The notes under the pieces are model-generated. The model did not search any database. It was not told where the DNA came from and saw only the letters and a program-made list of their open reading frames with translations. The translations under genes were made by a program, and so were the position numbers. Positions 40,730 to 51,504 of a stretch of DNA of 64,000 nt are shown here, piece by piece. Position 1 is the first letter of the stretch. Every line of letters begins with the position of its first letter. The DNA is taken from the NCBI GenBank assembly GCA_965224715.1, contig OZ245054.1, positions 2,004,334 to 2,068,333 of the forward strand, in the 5' to 3' direction. This DNA comes from Spirochaetota bacterium. Its GTDB lineage: Bacteria > Spirochaetota > UBA12135 > COTS27 > CAXSBA01.

Positions 40730-43345
40730 ATGACTAAAATTTTATTCATCCTTTCCTACTCCCTATTTTATTCTATCCGGGATCTTCGCCATCGTAAGAA
40801 ATTCACCATCATCTTTATTATTAATTTAGCAATAGGCCTCTTCTCTTTTCTCTTAATTGATTCCATTAAAACTAATTTTAACCTCTACATCGAAAACAAC
40901 AGTAAAGAAATTGCCACTGCCGACATCGTTATCAGAAGTCGAAGGATGATGAGTGAAAAGGAAATTCAAGTGATTACTTCCTTGTACTCGCCCGAACAAT
41001 TTGCCCGAGTTTCAAGGTTTTTCAGTATGGCTTCCTCTCCCACTTCAAAAAACCTTCGTCTCATCCAAGTCAATGCTATCAGTGATCACTTCCCTCTTTA
41101 TGGGCATATAAAGCTAAACGACATGTATGGCAATGAAATAGGCTGGAAAGAGGCTCTGAAAGTATTGAGAGCTTTTCCGGCCGCAGTGATCACCAAGGAA
41201 GTCAAAACCCTTTATCAAGTGAAGCCTGGCGATCATCTTAGAGTAGGAAACCGTGATTATGAAGTGAAATACGTTTTGGAGAAGGATGTTGGAGATCGAC
41301 TCCAAATTTCTGCTCTAGCCTATAAAATCTACATTTCAGAAAAACAAGTGGAAACAGGCATTTTGAAGGAAAAGGGTTCAACTGCCCGATTCCGGCACTA
41401 CATTAAAATACCTGGGGCTGATGATGAGAAATTGATAAACGAAGTGAAGACCCTACGAGGATTATTAACTGAAGTCAAGAACACCGAAGCTAATAATTCC
41501 AAGGCCAAAAACATTGACCTTAATATTCGTACTCATAATCAAAACAGTTCCAATATCCAGAGGATTATCACCTTGATTCACCGTTATTTTGAACTAATCA
41601 CCCTAGTCACCCTATTCCTTTGTGGAGTGGGGATATTCTACCTCTTTCGTAATTTTATTTTTTCCAAAGTGAAGGAAATCGCGATTCTAGAGAGTTTAGG
41701 AATGAAGAAGTATCGAATCATTTTCACTCTGATTCTAGAGCTTATCCTTCTAGGTTCAGCGGGACTTATCGCCGCTGTCATTTTGTTTTGGGGAGTGAGT
41801 CCCCTCATCCCTCTAGCCTTCGGAAATATTCTTCCTCAAGGCATAAGTTTTAGCATTCAATTTTCATCTCTCATCACGACTTTGATTATTGCAATCTTGG
41901 GGTCACTACTTTTTACATTTCCAATCATCTGGGCTGCTAAGAAAATCCAAATCATTGCTCTTATCCGGCAGAATCTGGAGCCCAAGAAACTCCTTCGCAT
42001 GACTCTATGGTCTTTTATTCCCAATATCATTTTTTTTTATGCTCTTTCGGTATGGATAGGAGAAAGTTTCATTTTAGGAAGTAGTTTTAGCGGCATGTTC
42101 CTGGGTTCCATAATTATCGTCTTTCTAATCGGAGTTGGATTTTGGAAGCTCTTTGGTATTTTTAAAAATAGTAACTCTTTCACCCTATCCTTCATCACTC
42201 GCAATCTCTATCAAAACCGTTCCAAAGGTTTCTTTTATTTCTTCGCGATTTCCCTCAGTGTAGCCCTTATTTCCCTGACTCCCCAATTAGAGTATTCCAT
42301 CAATAAAGAGATCGAATCTCCAAAAGGGATGTCTCTCCCTTCTTTGTTTATTTTTGAAGTCAAGAAAGGGGATTTGTTCAGACTGGAAAAGATGGCTGAA
42401 AAAGTGGAAGGAAGCCTCTTCTTCCCTTCCCCTATGATCAGTGCCGAGATCAAAACTGTGAATGGAGAACCCTTTCGTCGTCTCATTAATGACAACGACA
42501 GTCAAGAAAGAGAGGGGGATTCAAGACGGAATCGAGTCAACCTCACCTACCGTAACTTTCTCTCCAAAGCCGAAACCATCGTTGATGGAAAACCGTTAAG
42601 TTCCATTTATAATGGGAAATCAGCCGAAGTTTCCTTGGAAAAACGTTTTGCTGAGAGAAATGGACTTAATATCGGAGATGAGATCGGTTTCAGTTTGATC
42701 AATGTTCCTTTTGTCTTCATAGGTAAGGTGGTCAATCTTCGAAAGGTTAGATGGAATAGCTTCCAACCTAATTTCTTCATCACTGTTCAGGATCAAGTTT
42801 TAAATCAAGTTCCTCAGAAATTTGTTACTTCAGTGAACCAGATTACTTTTGAAAATAAGATAAAACTTATTTCCCAAATCAATGCCGCTTTTCCTCATAT
42901 TTCGGTCCTTGATGTCCAAGAGATTATTCAAGAAATACTTAAATTGATTTCCCAATTCTCCCTCCTCCTCAAACTGATGGCAGGGTTTTGTTTTATCTTA
43001 GGATTGATGATCCTCTTCACCATCATCAACCAAGAAATCAAAAATCAGGAACGAGAGATTAACTTAATGAAAACAATCGGAGGTAAATTTTCTACTCTCT
43101 ATATTCTAGTTCTGGGAGAATACACTTTAGTAGGTTTGTTGGCTGTACTGAGTGGCTTGGTTCCCGGGATAGTATTAAATTTTTTCTTTTCGGTTTATTT
43201 CTTTGACGGAGCTTTCACTTTCTCACCAACTATTCTTATTGAAATTATTGCAATGGTTTTACCAGGTATTATTTTTGTAAATTATCTTGGAGCTAGAAAA
43301 ATTCTTCACGACAAACCTATTATTCTTCTTAAAGAAAATGGGTAA
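40730..43345 (+). CDS. FtsX-family ABC transporter permease (YbbP-like, duplicated FtsX domains)
   Basis: 871 aa with two MacB/FtsX-type 4-TM modules separated by periplasmic domains. Directly follows the ATPase gene. Confidence 0.8.
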   Translation: MTKILFILSYSLFYSIRDLRHRKKFTIIFIINLAIGLFSFLLIDSIKTNFNLYIENNSKEIATADIVIRSRRMMSEKEIQVITSLYSPEQFARVSRFFSMASSPTSKNLRLIQVNAISDHFPLYGHIKLNDMYGNEIGWKEALKVLRAFPAAVITKEVKTLYQVKPGDHLRVGNRDYEVKYVLEKDVGDRLQISALAYKIYISEKQVETGILKEKGSTARFRHYIKIPGADDEKLINEVKTLRGLLTEVKNTEANNSKAKNIDLNIRTHNQNSSNIQRIITLIHRYFELITLVTLFLCGVGIFYLFRNFIFSKVKEIAILESLGMKKYRIIFTLILELILLGSAGLIAAVILFWGVSPLIPLAFGNILPQGISFSIQFSSLITTLIIAILGSLLFTFPIIWAAKKIQIIALIRQNLEPKKLLRMTLWSFIPNIIFFYALSVWIGESFILGSSFSGMFLGSIIIVFLIGVGFWKLFGIFKNSNSFTLSFITRNLYQNRSKGFFYFFAISLSVALISLTPQLEYSINKEIESPKGMSLPSLFIFEVKKGDLFRLEKMAEKVEGSLFFPSPMISAEIKTVNGEPFRRLINDNDSQEREGDSRRNRVNLTYRNFLSKAETIVDGKPLSSIYNGKSAEVSLEKRFAERNGLNIGDEIGFSLINVPFVFIGKVVNLRKVRWNSFQPNFFITVQDQVLNQVPQKFVTSVNQITFENKIKLISQINAAFPHISVLDVQEIIQEILKLISQFSLLLKLMAGFCFILGLMILFTIINQEIKNQEREINLMKTIGGKFSTLYILVLGEYTLVGLLAVLSGLVPGIVLNFFFSVYFFDGAFTFSPTILIEIIAMVLPGIIFVNYLGARKILHDKPIILLKENG

Positions 43346-43442
43346 ACGATTAAAAAGACAAGGTGAGATATAATTATGAAAAAAATCTCATAAGTTAAGT
43401 CTATAAAAAATTCTAAAAATCCAATCTGGCAATTAAAATATT

Positions 43443-44264
43443 ATGACACCAAAAAATATTAAAGAAATCGAAATTAAAGAGACTAAACTCCGAAAAATTA
43501 TTCGTGAATGCGGAAGCATGGTGATTGCTTATTCCGGAGGAGTCGATTCTACCTTGGTTGCCAAAGTAGCTCATCAAGAGTTGGGGAGGAAGTCGCTCAT
43601 GGTGATCGCTGATTCCCCCAGTCTGGCCCGGCAGGAACTTGAAGCTGCTCTAACTTTAGCTCAAGAACAAGGGTTTCCTGTCAAAGTGATCACCACCAAT
43701 GAAATGGACAACCCACTCTACCAAGTCAATACCGGTAATCGTTGTTATCATTGCAAGGTAACCCTTTATCGTTATTTGGAAAAAATTAGAAACGAGATAG
43801 AATTTCGCTATTTGGTAAATGGTGACCAAGTCGATGATCAATTTATTCACCGTCCTGGGAAGAAAGCCACAGAAGAAAATGCGGTAAGATCGGTATTAGC
43901 TGAGGCCGGTCTTAATAAAGCAGAAATAAGGTTACTATCGAAAAAACTAGGGCTTCCCAATCATGACAAACCAGCATCTCCCTGTCTTGCTTCCCGCATC
44001 CCTGTCGGAACTAAAGTAACCACAGATAAACTTAAACAGGTAGAGAAGGCGGAACATTTTCTTAAAACCCACTACTTTATTCGGAACCTGAGGGTTAGAC
44101 ATTATGGGAATGTAGCTCGTATCGAAACTTTGGTAAAATATTTTCCTATCATCGAAAACCATGAGGAAGAAATTAAAGACTTTTTGACTGATATCGGATT
44201 TATGGATTGGGAATTAAAATTATTGAGTCAAGAAAGATTAAAACCCATTAAGATTGACAGTTAA
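43443..44264 (+). CDS. PP-loop ATP-utilizing enzyme, LarE-like sulfur transferase family
   Basis: PP-loop AYSGGVDSTL, a conserved CYHCK region and the ASPCLASRIP motif typical of the TIGR00268/LarE family. Confidence 0.75.
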   Translation: MTPKNIKEIEIKETKLRKIIRECGSMVIAYSGGVDSTLVAKVAHQELGRKSLMVIADSPSLARQELEAALTLAQEQGFPVKVITTNEMDNPLYQVNTGNRCYHCKVTLYRYLEKIRNEIEFRYLVNGDQVDDQFIHRPGKKATEENAVRSVLAEAGLNKAEIRLLSKKLGLPNHDKPASPCLASRIPVGTKVTTDKLKQVEKAEHFLKTHYFIRNLRVRHYGNVARIETLVKYFPIIENHEEEIKDFLTDIGFMDWELKLLSQERLKPIKIDS

Positions 44265-44288
44265 TAGTTTTATTCTCAAACTATCATC

Positions 44289-44873
44289 TTACTTATTTGT
44301 TAAATCATTTTTCATGAGTTTCCCCAGACTTATCCATTTCTGATCAGGAAAATTTATCTCTTTTTTTTTAATCTGTTCAGAAATTTTTTTTCCAGTTACC
44401 GGATCTGTCTTATTCGGTTCAATCTCCAGGAGGGGAATAAGTACAAAAAGTCGTTCGTGGTAACTTGGATGGGGAATACGGAGGTTTGAGGTCGAGATAA
44501 CTTTTTTCCCAAAAAAAATAATATCGATGTCCAGATAACGAGGACCCTTATCTCGTTTCTTCTGAAAGGGGAAACCCTCGGCTATCGCTTGACCAGTTAC
44601 CACAGTTTCAATTTCTTGGGTGTACTTATGGATCTTCTCTGGAGACCAGTCAGTATATCCACTTACCACTATATTGTAATACGATGGTTGACGACGGTTG
44701 TGATTACTATCCACCGGTGAAGTCTCATAGATTGAAGAGGTTTTAGTCTTTTCCAATACCTTTTTCAATCGTTCCACCCCTCTTTGTAAAGAGAGTTGCC
44801 GGCTTCCCAGGTTACTGCCTAGGGAAAGGATAACCTTATTTTTGTGCAAGAGCGGAAAGGAGTTTCTTTTCAA
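44289..44873 (-). CDS. folK: 2-amino-4-hydroxy-6-hydroxymethyldihydropteridine diphosphokinase
   Basis: The HPPK motifs LSLGSNLG, GPRYLDIDIIFFG and IPHPSYHERLFVLIPLLEI. Confidence 0.85.
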   Translation of the reverse strand: MKRNSFPLLHKNKVILSLGSNLGSRQLSLQRGVERLKKVLEKTKTSSIYETSPVDSNHNRRQPSYYNIVVSGYTDWSPEKIHKYTQEIETVVTGQAIAEGFPFQKKRDKGPRYLDIDIIFFGKKVISTSNLRIPHPSYHERLFVLIPLLEIEPNKTDPVTGKKISEQIKKKEINFPDQKWISLGKLMKNDLTNK

Positions 44874-46104
44874 CGGTTTTGATATTACTGAAACGGATTT
44901 TATGATAATAGAAATTCAAGATTCGTTTTGCCGAATATCCTTTCTCGGCCATGGTTTTAGCTCCCCATTGACATAATCCTACCCCATGACCAAATCCTTT
45001 GCCATCAATGTAATATCGATCTCCATTTCGTTTGATTTTGAATTTGGTGGACAAAAGATCGGTGGTTCCCACAGCTAATCGAAAATCATTACCGGAAATT
45101 ATCTCCTTACCTTTTCGGGTTGATACTGTTACTTGAGACACCCTTCCCGACGAAGAAAACTTTTTAACATGAAAAGAAGTGACTTGCTTACCTAATTTAG
45201 CGGAGAGCTTCTGATTGATCTTATCAACACCAACATGATATTCCCAACTATAGCGGGGATGGGTGGTACAGTAGTTACATCGAATATTTTGAAAATAGGG
45301 AAGATCTTCAGAAGTGGGCCAGACATTAGAAGCCTTTTCGGTCATCCCTCCACAGGAGGCATGGAAAAAGGTAAGAATAGGATAATTATCATAAACCAAT
45401 ATCCTCCCTTTTGTATCCCTAACCCCTCTTACTATATTATCATGAACATTCAAGATACCTCCAAAAGCTTGATCGGAAGTATTTCCTTTGAGATGATAAA
45501 GTTTATTGTAATTTTTCAGATATTTTCGATAACCGTAAGAGCGAGCTGCAATGGCTTGGGCCTGGATCGCTGCATCTGGCCAAGAATAAGATATTTCTTC
45601 GCGTACCACCCCTAAGAGATATTTCTCGATAGGAAGAATATTGACTACATAGATAAAGTTTTTCTTTACGACTAGCATTTCCCCAATAAAACTGTTTCCT
45701 TCAATCATAATGGGATTATCCCGCCCCACTTCAAAAACAACCTGATCGTCTTCCAAGGAATAGCTTTCATTCCCATATTTCACTTGATCCCCTTTCAAAG
45801 AGATATTTTTTACAGAGGTAAGACTTTTCCCTTTATAAATCAATACTTTGATCTTCACCTTCCCATCCAAGTTTTGCTGATAGAATTCAGAGGTAACAGA
45901 TTTTTCAGATATTTTAGGATGATTAGACTGGGACGGTTGAATATTTTTTCTATTAAAAGATGTGAAATGTTGTTTTTTAATTACCTTTGCCACTGATTGG
46001 GTAGCCTTATAGGGATTAACTCTCTTAACTCCATGTTGGGTAAGTTGACAGCCAGTAAAACCTATTATGATCACGAGCCATAAATAATAATGGAGTGATG
46101 GCAT
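44836..46104 (-). CDS. SpoIID/LytB domain-containing lipoprotein
   Basis: SpoIID motifs FHASCGGMTE and GHGVGLCQWGA. I place the start at the internal Met at 46104 (MPSLHYYLWLVIIIGFTGC, lipobox). The longest ORF (to 46341) would overlap the ruvB 3' end by 173 nt. Confidence 0.75.
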   Translation of the reverse strand: MPSLHYYLWLVIIIGFTGCQLTQHGVKRVNPYKATQSVAKVIKKQHFTSFNRKNIQPSQSNHPKISEKSVTSEFYQQNLDGKVKIKVLIYKGKSLTSVKNISLKGDQVKYGNESYSLEDDQVVFEVGRDNPIMIEGNSFIGEMLVVKKNFIYVVNILPIEKYLLGVVREEISYSWPDAAIQAQAIAARSYGYRKYLKNYNKLYHLKGNTSDQAFGGILNVHDNIVRGVRDTKGRILVYDNYPILTFFHASCGGMTEKASNVWPTSEDLPYFQNIRCNYCTTHPRYSWEYHVGVDKINQKLSAKLGKQVTSFHVKKFSSSGRVSQVTVSTRKGKEIISGNDFRLAVGTTDLLSTKFKIKRNGDRYYIDGKGFGHGVGLCQWGAKTMAEKGYSAKRILNFYYHKIRFSNIKTVEKKLLSALAQK

Positions 46105-46168
46105 TTGAGGAAGACAATTAAAGAATTGAAAAAAATTTTTTAATGTACTGATTGTCCGGATAAAAAAA

Positions 46169-47197
46169 CTAGCTAAATAGGCTAGTTTCCGAATCGGTGG
46201 TATTGATACGATGATCTTCGCGGCCGAGGTATTGGTAGGCTTTACTTGTTGCCAGACGGCCACGACTCGTTCTTTTAATAAAGCCCAGTTGAATGAGATA
46301 AGGTTCATAAACATCCTCAATGTTTTGAGCATCCTCTCCAAGACTGACGGCTAAGTTTTCCAAACCCACCGGCCCTCCTGAGAAATGCTCAATCAAAGTG
46401 GTGATAATCCTCCGGTCCATATCATCCAATCCCCAACGGTCGATATCCATCTGTTCTAGGGAATAATCCACCAGTCTAGAGTCTATCACACCCTTATTTT
46501 TAACTTCGGCAAAGTCCCTCACTCTCTTTAATAGCCGGTTAAGAATTCTCGGCGTTCCCCGACTCCTCTTGGCAATTTCTGCCACCGCTTGATCGTTAAT
46601 ATTAATATTGAGCTTTAGAGCATTCATCGACCCAATCTTCCGTAAGTCTTCTTGAGTGTAGAAGTCAAAGCGGTGAAGAATACCAAAACGGCTGAGTAAT
46701 GGTTGAGTAAGGAAACCTGGTTTGGTGGTAGCTCCAACCAAAGTGAAGGGTGGAAGAGATATTTTTACCGTTTTGGCAGTATTGCCTTGCCCTAGATTGA
46801 GATCCAAAAAACCATCCTCCATAGCGGAATAGAGCATTTCTTCCACTACCGGCTTGAGACGATGAATTTCATCAATGAAGAGAATATCTCTTTCTTTTAG
46901 TGAACTTAGAATAGCTGCAATATCACCGGTTTTTTCAATCACTGGAGCGGAAGTAGCCTTGAGGTTAGCTCCCATTGAACGAGCAATGATCATAGAAAAA
47001 GTGGTCTTCCCTAAACCCGGTGGTCCACTTAATAAGATATGATCCAGTACATCATTCCTTTGTAAGGCGGCTTGGATATAAACTTGAGTATTTTCTTTAA
47101 TGCTCTCCTGACCTAGGAATTCTTCAAAAGTTTTAGGACGGATTTCTGAAATTCGGTCATCCGAATTTTCTTCTAAACTGGAAATCCTGTCGATCAC
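46169..47197 (-). CDS. ruvB: Holliday junction branch migration DNA helicase RuvB
   Basis: Walker A GPPGLGKTT, Walker B ILFIDEIHRL, and a full-length RuvB pattern including the C-terminal winged helix. Confidence 0.95.
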   Translation of the reverse strand: MIDRISSLEENSDDRISEIRPKTFEEFLGQESIKENTQVYIQAALQRNDVLDHILLSGPPGLGKTTFSMIIARSMGANLKATSAPVIEKTGDIAAILSSLKERDILFIDEIHRLKPVVEEMLYSAMEDGFLDLNLGQGNTAKTVKISLPPFTLVGATTKPGFLTQPLLSRFGILHRFDFYTQEDLRKIGSMNALKLNININDQAVAEIAKRSRGTPRILNRLLKRVRDFAEVKNKGVIDSRLVDYSLEQMDIDRWGLDDMDRRIITTLIEHFSGGPVGLENLAVSLGEDAQNIEDVYEPYLIQLGFIKRTSRGRLATSKAYQYLGREDHRINTTDSETSLFS

Positions 47198-47214
47198 AAA
47201 AGGGTTTATATCGA

Positions 47215-47874
47215 CTAGGGTCTATTCAATGCTTTAATCTCGGAAACGAATTTACTAAGATCTACCGGGATATCGATTTTCCTTCCATTAAGAATCAAGG
47301 TCGGAGTTCCAGTCAAATCGGAACGATTCCCCATCTCCATGTCTCGGTCAATCTTTCGATCAATGGCAGAGTCTTGCAAGTCTTTTTTAACCTGCTCTAA
47401 ATCACCACCAGCTTGAATAACAAAATCTTGGAACATCGCTTCAGCTGCACTGGAAGAGAGGTCGCTCCATTCACTTTGATGATCATAAACCAGATCATGA
47501 AATGGCCAAAATTTATTTTGGCGATGCATAGCTTCAGAGTAGCGGGATGCCATCCGAGAGTGAGTATAATGACTGAGAGGATAATGGCGATAAACGACAA
47601 GAAGATCATCCTGAATCACTCGCCAAATCAACTTGTATCGCTCATGCATACTCTTACAAGCTCCACATTGAAAATCAGCATATTCGATCAAGATCGCTTT
47701 AGCCTGAGGATTCCCCTTGACCAAATCATCAGGGAAAACCTCTGAAATATTATCAGAGACAATGGGTGTCGATTCTCCTCTCGATGAAAACAAGAACCAA
47801 CCTCCCACCAATAGGACTATGACTATAACGGCTATAATGTATTGTTTTTGTTTCTTTGATTGTTTACTCTTCAT
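47215..47874 (-). CDS. DsbA-family thioredoxin-fold oxidoreductase (membrane-anchored)
   Basis: N-terminal TM anchor, CGAC active-site motif (YADFQCGACK) and a DsbA-like fold pattern. Confidence 0.75.
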   Translation of the reverse strand: MKSKQSKKQKQYIIAVIVIVLLVGGWFLFSSRGESTPIVSDNISEVFPDDLVKGNPQAKAILIEYADFQCGACKSMHERYKLIWRVIQDDLLVVYRHYPLSHYTHSRMASRYSEAMHRQNKFWPFHDLVYDHQSEWSDLSSSAAEAMFQDFVIQAGGDLEQVKKDLQDSAIDRKIDRDMEMGNRSDLTGTPTLILNGRKIDIPVDLSKFVSEIKALNRP

Positions 47875-48007
47875 AAAAAATCCTTAATTAATTATACTAT
47901 ATAATAAACGATTTATCAAATAATTACTGAATTCTTGGATTTAAAAGCTAAACCGGCTTGTTTCATAAAACATCGCTATCAAGTTTATATGTAGTCACTT
48001 ACATCCA

Positions 48008-51000
48008 TCACGCTGCTCTATTCAACAACTGAATATAAATTTCTTCCGTCTTCTTTGCAATATCTTCCTGACTATATGCAGGGTCCGGAAGCCCTGTATT
48101 TTCGTCATATAGGAAATTATGTATTGCCGTCTTAATACTTGCCTTGGTGGCCTCTGTCGCTTTCCAGTCAGTCATTCGAGACATAATTTCTTTGAGTTTG
48201 GCTAATAGTTCTACAGCTACCTTTTTAATTTTCTTGATTTCTTCCTTGTTTAATGTTTGCTTGTTCAGCAAGTCAAAAATAAATAAACTATCCTGGTCAG
48301 GCAGCTCTTCACGGATATGCCGTTTCTCCTCTCTATCCAGGTCACCGTAAAACTTCAATAATTCCTCGAAAGTTTTCTCGATTGTCAATCTATCCTTTTC
48401 CTTGTTGTAATCCTTTATCAAATCTTGATAATGTTGCTGAAAATCAGTACGGAGTGGGTTTTGTTTCATCATCTCAGCTAGCTTAGAGTCGATGACTGAT
48501 TTCAGATTTTGAACAGTGGTGTTTTTTTTACTAGACTTTTTAAACTCCTGACGTAATCGTTCAAAATCTATCTTGGAAATATTATAAAGATGCCCATCAC
48601 CCTCATAACTATCTCTAATCTCAATGGCATCATCAATAATGCCGTGCAGTTCCTTAATAATCTCAGAAATGTCTGCATTGTTTCGGTCACTCATAAGACT
48701 TCTATAAATGATATTTAGCACGTCATAATCGTGGCGGTAATTATTTACCTGAGGTTTGATATTGATGCAGGCCTTGAACTTCTTGAATACCTCACGGCAC
48801 ATTATCTCAAAACGTTTGCGGGTCTGGTCGTTCTGATTAACGGCTTCCTTTGTGTTATCAATGGCCTTATTTCGCTCAAAGCCAGTGAACTTATTGATTT
48901 CGTCCAGTTCGACATTATTCTCTTTCAGGAATGCTTTGATAAATGCAATTCCCTCTGCTAAGTCTGCGATCAAGTATTCTTCAGCAGGTTTAATCGGATT
49001 AACCTCCGGACCACCGCCACCTTCATGTCCAGCAAAAGTAGCCAAGGCTTTTCTCAGATTTTTCAGGATACCGCAGTAATCCACAATAAGCCCATTGTTT
49101 TTGCCTTCATTAACACGGTTGGCTCTTGCTATGGCTTGCATCAGCGTATGAGCTTTTAGAGGTTTGTCTAGATAAAGGGTGGATAAACTTTTCACATCGA
49201 AACCTGTAAGCCACATAGCACAAACAAAAACAACTCTTAGGGGGTGTTCTGTATTCTTAAAGGCACTTTCCATATCTATCCGTTCACCGCCTGGTACATC
49301 AAATCCATTAAGTAGTCTTTCTCTATGTTTCTCAATACTCACATCCCACTTGGCGAATTTCTCTACCTCGCCTTGCTCTTCTGATACCACTACTGACATA
49401 ATCGTTTCTTCCATCCAGGCAATTTGCCGTTCTCGGAAAACCATTTCTTCTGGTTCAGTTATTTTTCGTTCAGTGGTTTTTAGATTTTCAATTTTTTTCT
49501 TCCATTCCTCTTGTACAACATCATACATCCGAACACAGGTGACTTTATCTATACACACAAACATTGCTTTGCCACTTTCCCAGGCTGTAGAATAATGCTC
49601 CACAAAGTCTTTGGCAATCTGCCGTAGACGTTTTTCAGCGGTGATGATATGGTAGTCTCTCCGCAATTCTTTTTCTAATTTCTCGGTAGTGTTAATATCC
49701 TCCACTTCCAGTTCAGCGAGTTTCTCTGCTATTCTCTCGTTAAGGCCATCGGTAGTAATGCGGAGTTTCTCTCCTCTGGCATCATAATAGAGAGGAACTG
49801 TTGCTCCATCTTCAACTGCTCGTTGAAAATCGTAAGTAGAGATATAATCCCCAAACACATCTTTGGTCACTTCATCCTCACCCTTGAATAGAGGTGTTCC
49901 TGTAAAGCCAATATAACTGGCGTTAGGAATAGCATTTCTCATATTAAGAGACAGCCGGCCATATTGAGTACGGTGGGCTTCGTCTGAGATAACGATAATA
50001 TCCTCTCTCTCAGAATACGGTTTGGACGGGTCAATATCTTTGTTAAATTTCTGAATGAGAGTAAATACAAAGGCTTTATGCTGAGACAGTAAGTCCGTTA
50101 AATGTTTTCCACTGGCTGCACGACACTCATCTTTATCATTATCCACAAGCTCACATCCGGCAAAGGTTTTATAAATCTGGGTATCCAGGTCGTCCCGGTC
50201 GGTCAACACCAAGAAGGTATAATTTCCGCCCAATTTGCGGTGAATCTTACGGGTAAAAAACACCATACTGTACGATTTCCCGCTACCCTGAGTATGCCAA
50301 AAGACTCCCAGTTTTCCTTTCCGTTCTTTACGCTCTTTTACGGCTTCAATGGCCTTATTTACCCCCAGGAACTGCTGGTTCTGAGCGACAATCTTGGTCA
50401 GGCTCCGACTGCTATTATCAAAAAGAATAAAGTTTTCAACTATATCAATCAGATTAGCTTTGGTACAAATACCGTTTAACAGGGTTTCCATATTCACAAC
50501 GCCCCTGTCTTCCTCTTTTAATCGTTTCCATTCTCTAAAAAATTTGAAAGGAGAAGAGAAGGGGCCTACCACCGCTTCAATGCCATTTCCCAGAATACAG
50601 AGAGCATTGTGATGAAAGAGTTGGGGACTCCGTTCTTTATAGGTAACTAGATTTTCTTCATAGGCTGCCTGTACGCTTTTGTGAACATTTTTAAGTTCCA
50701 TAAACACCAAGGGAATACCATTAACAAATCCGATAACATCAGCCCGACGGCGACCAAGGGGACCATGTATCCAAAATTCTCGCACACAAAGGAAATGATT
50801 GTTTTCCGGATTGGAATAATCGATAAGTTTTAGTTTCTGTTTTTCCTGTTCTCCTTTGTCGTTTTTGAATGTTACTTGGACACCGTCTTTAAGGAGTTCG
50901 TATTTTTCCCGGTTTATTTGGAGAAGTGATTGTGTTGTGGAATATTCAGTGATTGTACGGATAGCGTCATCATAGGCGGTTTCTGGAATGTTTGGATTAA

Positions 51001-51184
51001 ATTTCGCCAGTGCTTCTCGGAGATAGCGGGTTAATACAACTTCCAGATTATTTCCCCTACCAAGGAGGCTTTCTTTTCCAAAATCTTCATTGTTATAAGC
51101 CAATACATTTTCCCAGCCAAGTTGTTTCTCTAAGTAATCGGCTGTGGTGGTTTGAACTAAGTTATCTTCTGTGAATAGGTTCAT
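48008..51184 (-). CDS. hsdR: Type I restriction enzyme, R subunit
   Basis: 1058 aa. N-terminal nuclease region, SF2 helicase motifs (HTQGSGKS, VISDEAHRTQ, QAIARANR) and a C-terminal DUF3387-like tail (DSLFIFDLL). Confidence 0.95.
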   Translation of the reverse strand: MNLFTEDNLVQTTTADYLEKQLGWENVLAYNNEDFGKESLLGRGNNLEVVLTRYLREALAKFNPNIPETAYDDAIRTITEYSTTQSLLQINREKYELLKDGVQVTFKNDKGEQEKQKLKLIDYSNPENNHFLCVREFWIHGPLGRRRADVIGFVNGIPLVFMELKNVHKSVQAAYEENLVTYKERSPQLFHHNALCILGNGIEAVVGPFSSPFKFFREWKRLKEEDRGVVNMETLLNGICTKANLIDIVENFILFDNSSRSLTKIVAQNQQFLGVNKAIEAVKERKERKGKLGVFWHTQGSGKSYSMVFFTRKIHRKLGGNYTFLVLTDRDDLDTQIYKTFAGCELVDNDKDECRAASGKHLTDLLSQHKAFVFTLIQKFNKDIDPSKPYSEREDIIVISDEAHRTQYGRLSLNMRNAIPNASYIGFTGTPLFKGEDEVTKDVFGDYISTYDFQRAVEDGATVPLYYDARGEKLRITTDGLNERIAEKLAELEVEDINTTEKLEKELRRDYHIITAEKRLRQIAKDFVEHYSTAWESGKAMFVCIDKVTCVRMYDVVQEEWKKKIENLKTTERKITEPEEMVFRERQIAWMEETIMSVVVSEEQGEVEKFAKWDVSIEKHRERLLNGFDVPGGERIDMESAFKNTEHPLRVVFVCAMWLTGFDVKSLSTLYLDKPLKAHTLMQAIARANRVNEGKNNGLIVDYCGILKNLRKALATFAGHEGGGGPEVNPIKPAEEYLIADLAEGIAFIKAFLKENNVELDEINKFTGFERNKAIDNTKEAVNQNDQTRKRFEIMCREVFKKFKACINIKPQVNNYRHDYDVLNIIYRSLMSDRNNADISEIIKELHGIIDDAIEIRDSYEGDGHLYNISKIDFERLRQEFKKSSKKNTTVQNLKSVIDSKLAEMMKQNPLRTDFQQHYQDLIKDYNKEKDRLTIEKTFEELLKFYGDLDREEKRHIREELPDQDSLFIFDLLNKQTLNKEEIKKIKKVAVELLAKLKEIMSRMTDWKATEATKASIKTAIHNFLYDENTGLPDPAYSQEDIAKKTEEIYIQLLNRAA

Positions 51185-51353
51185 TTTTTTTCTTCGCTAA
51201 TCAACGAAAACTCTTTATTTCCATTATATCAACATTTTAAAAAGGATGTGTGTTTTTTGATAACCATTGCAATGAAATCACATATGAACATCGATAAACA
51301 TGGATGATGGGATGTCAATAAGCATAACTTTAGAGACAAAACCTTTTGCCCAT

Positions 51354-51366
51354 CGTATTATAACAT
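51354..51366 (-). promoter_or_regulatory. Candidate extended -10 promoter (TGTTATAAT) upstream of hsdR
   Basis: The minus strand reads ATGTTATAATACG. The 13-mer CGTATTATAACAT (plus strand) recurs exactly at 52230-52242 upstream of the HNH gene. No good -35 element is seen. Confidence 0.4.
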
Positions 51367-51504
51367 GGTAGAAGTAGAGCCGCAGAAAGCACAAAAAAAA
51401 TGCAGAGGAGAGGAATTGAAAGGATTAACCGCAATCGATACGCAAATGACGAATGGTTTATAAAAATAAGAGATTAAAGTTGTAATCGCAGAGAATGCAG
51501 AGTT

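Noticed and set aside
44836-46341. Full 501-aa SpoIID ORF
   Set aside because: The first 79 codons overlap the ruvB coding end and lack signal features. The internal Met at 46104 gives a canonical lipoprotein signal.
47875-48007. Mobile-element borders (att sites, tRNA, integrase) for the R-M island; also checked 58718-58937
   Set aside because: No integrase or transposase ORF, tRNA gene or obvious direct repeat pair was seen at the two island edges. The island status rests on gene content and context only.
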